Part shown: positions 61,338-64,000 of the stretch, piece by piece
How positions within the stretch are numbered: the first letter of the stretch is position 1
Layout of the letters: the number at the start of each line of letters is the position of its first letter
DNA from: Acanthaster planci
Taxonomy: Eukaryota
NCBI RefSeq assembly: GCF_001949145.1
Contig: NW_019091355.1
Coordinates: 5,915,068-5,979,067, forward strand
Direction of reading: 5' to 3'
Length of the DNA: 64,000 nt
Translations under genes and position numbers: made by a program
The notes under the pieces: model-generated
Database searches by the model: none
The model's input: the letters and a program-made list of their open reading frames with translations, nothing else
Told to the model about the DNA's origin: nothing

Positions 61338-64000
61338 CATTATTTCCTAGACCATTACATGTACTTCCATTCAAATTCTTGATCACCAGTAGTGGCCCTC
61401 ACTCCCCGACTCCTGCAGAGGTGGCGGCCATGTTCTTCCTGTCTTCGTGTTTTGGTCTGGCTCTGAAATTTTTGAGATTTTTTTCTTGGCTACATGTACA
61501 GTACTTTGTGTTTCGGTGTCATTTCCCGATCACCTCGTTTGTTTGTTCTCTCTTGTTGTGAACGGTAATACTATTCCTTTTTCCGTTGTATATACATGTA
61601 TATATATATTTTGTCGTTCCTTTCTCAGCCTTGTGCAGGTTGGCAGACTGACCTGTATATTGACCTAGTTCTTGTATTTTTTTTTTTGTAAGTTCTCGCC
61701 TGGAGGTGCTCTTAGCTTTCTTCTGTGTATATTTGTATACATATATTGCTTACTTCCATTGCTTATCTGAAAATACTTTCTATTTAGCTTCGCCCCAGTT
61801 GTGGCATTTCTTGTTTGTATTTTTGTTGGTTATCTTATCAGAATACTTTTGAGAGGGGTTGTCTCGTTATTGTGTTTTGTATTTCGCCAGAAATTTTGGC
61901 GTTCCCTATTTTATTCTTTCGTTAGTGCTTCCATTTTGTGTATTAGATTCAAGTTCTAGAGGGAGATATTGAGAGTTCGCTCTCTGCTTCGAGTAGTACA
62001 TGTGTTCGCGGGCCAGGGATCGCTTGGTTAGTAAGGACAGTGGTGTGGTGGTTTTGGTTCTTGCTAACCTACGGAATAGGACAGTGCGTAGGTTTACTAT
62101 TCCTTCCCTTTCGATCGGCCCGTGTACAACCGTGCATTTGCTACAGTACTGTACTGTCGAACATGTGAGTTCGCTCTTGGAGTACCTTCTCAATTTGCAG
62201 CAGGATAACGGCTGGCCCCCTGGCATAGCCACGTTGTGGTCACGTAGCTTGTGTAGTGGTTGTTGGGCAAGAAATGCAAATTGTCTGGGGTTTTTTCTTC
62301 CTCACATCATTCTTCACATCAGAAGAAGAAACATCGTACCTCAAAAGGCTTCCCCTCAACCAAAGAAATGCTAAGTGCCCTTTCCGAGTCCATTTCAGAA
62401 CTTGTGTGGTGATACCTGCCTCCTCCTCTGACTACTATGCATGTGGATCCGGAGCTTTATTCTCTACCCCTGGCCCATTAGGGCGGTTCTTCGGCTGAGC
62501 TTCGGGGCATTTTTCACCCTCTGGGGCCGTCTCAATCCGCGATGGATAACAGTCCTTACTGTGAGTTTTGCTTCTGGTCCTGACTTTTTGTATATTTCTG
62601 GTTCAGGTCAGTCTCTGAATGAGGATGAATCCCTTTCGGTGAATGATCTTTTGCTGTCCAAGTCTCCCTGACATCTTCTACAGTGATACAAGTCCTTGGA
62701 CTGCCCACCCCGTCATTGACGGGAGGGGGGGCATCCCTTGTTGAAGCATCGTCCACCTGCAGAGACCTCGTCTTCCCAGAGTTTCCCTTTGATCGTTCTT
62801 GTATAGTTGCTATGGACAGACTGGTGAAGGCCAAGCGGTGGACTTCAGGCTTCCACCCATGCCAGTTTTTTAAGTTCGCAATGGGTGATTTTGATCAGTA
62901 TCTCTCGGTACCTGACTCCCCAACTTGGCCAGAGATGAGATTTTTCCGAACAGGGGCAAGTCTACCCATGTTTTTCAAGATTCAAGAATCTTCAGCAAAA
63001 AGTCTGCTCTGAAGGATGTTGATTTAGCTGCTCGCTCGGGCATTTGCTGCATGTCTTTCCTCCTCCTTCCCGAGTTCTTGTCCTGGGCTTGCAACATTGC
63101 AAGGAGGGCTCTGATATTTCATCCAAGATTGTGGTCATGGCCTTTCACTACCTCGACGATTCCTTGTTTACAGGGTTTGAGCAGTTGCCAGGGTATCTCT
63201 TTGTGCTACAGCTTCCCATAGGGAATCAGCTATTCTGGCTATGAGTATTCCCCACGAGTCAATTAATTCTGCCCTCAAGAGTCTTCCCCTGTTTGATAAA
63301 GATAAAGTGAGGTATATATACCCCGTCCGGATGCTTAAATGGTACCTCCACCGGACTGAGGACACCTGAGGGTAAGTGACTCAATTGCTCATCACATCTA
63401 CATGTACCAAGCCTCACCGTCCAGCCTCCAGAGACACTATTGCCGGGTGGGTAGTTTCGGCTATTAAATCTGCTAATTCAGACTGGCCTACTAGTCCTGA
63501 TGATCAGTGCCGACGCCATATACATGCTCATGATATTCGGGCCGTTTGGTCCTGGGCTTATTTTAAAGGCATCCCAATTCAGACATTTGTAAGGCTGCAT
63601 GTTTGAAATTCCCCTGAACATCTCTTGTTATCTCAGTGATGTTTTGCAGGGGGATCATTCTCATGGACTGGCCGTGCTGGCCATCTTCAAGACGGGATCT
63701 CAGTAGCTAGTAGTAGGTTTGGTGCTGCTTTGCATATGTACATGTATTGGTAATCTGCGTGGGTTGCAGGCAGTAGACTCCCTCCCACCAAGAGTGGGAC
63801 GAGTCTACTACTACATACCTATGAGATTACCAGTCTCCCTCCCTCCTCCCCACACAGCGCAAAGTGCGCTGAGGCCATGTGAGGAGGACTCAAAAAAGAG
63901 CAAGAACATGGCGGCCGCCTTGTGGGAGTTGGGAAAATGAGGGTGCACTACTGTTGATCGAGAATTTAGCGAATGGAAGTAATGGACTAGGAAATAAATG
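61338..64000 (+). mobile_element. Decayed DIRS1-like tyrosine-recombinase retrotransposon
   Basis: ~100-bp inverted terminal repeats 61338-61437 / 63902-64000; YR remnants YPVRMLKWYLHRTE, KPHRPASRDTIAGWV, AHDIRA-WSWAY; RNase H-like VAMDRL...FHP and PTWP remnants; many stops and frameshifts. Confidence 0.85.

Overview
Eukaryotic, AT-rich genomic DNA from what looks like a marine invertebrate (taxon not determinable from the sequence alone), with one assembly gap (19456-20123). Most of the first ~35 kb is a single minus-strand, intron-rich gene. I chained 25 GT-AG exons (33422 to 1250; 4520 nt, ~1505 codons) in one open frame. They encode a mosaic S1A serine protease: furin-site pro-region, SRCR, kringle, kringle, PAN, PAN, kringle, F-type lectin, LDLa, PAN, LDLa, SRCR, LDLa, SRCR, trypsin domain (Tequila/GRAAL- and neurotrypsin-like). 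Its start codon and signal peptide were not located. On the plus strand, the first coding exon of SKP1 is at 55306-55402; later SKP1 exons are not in the window. The rest is dense with transposon relics: hAT, piggyBac, pogo, Sola, Academ and Kolobok-type MITEs, a tRNA-derived SINE, a deleted pogo-like element with HTH-psq and PHD remnants, a deleted Kolobok element with THAP and P2X7-C-terminal-like (KolX) remnants, and a decayed DIRS1-like retroelement. Most notable observations: a strong excess of TACATGTA that appears as a 6-bp insertion in two internal comparisons; a hAT MITE whose target-site duplication is the splice donor of a catalytic-domain exon; a degenerate F-lectin module; and a palindrome covering the acceptor of a possible poison exon. 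All family assignments come from motif recognition by eye, not database searches.
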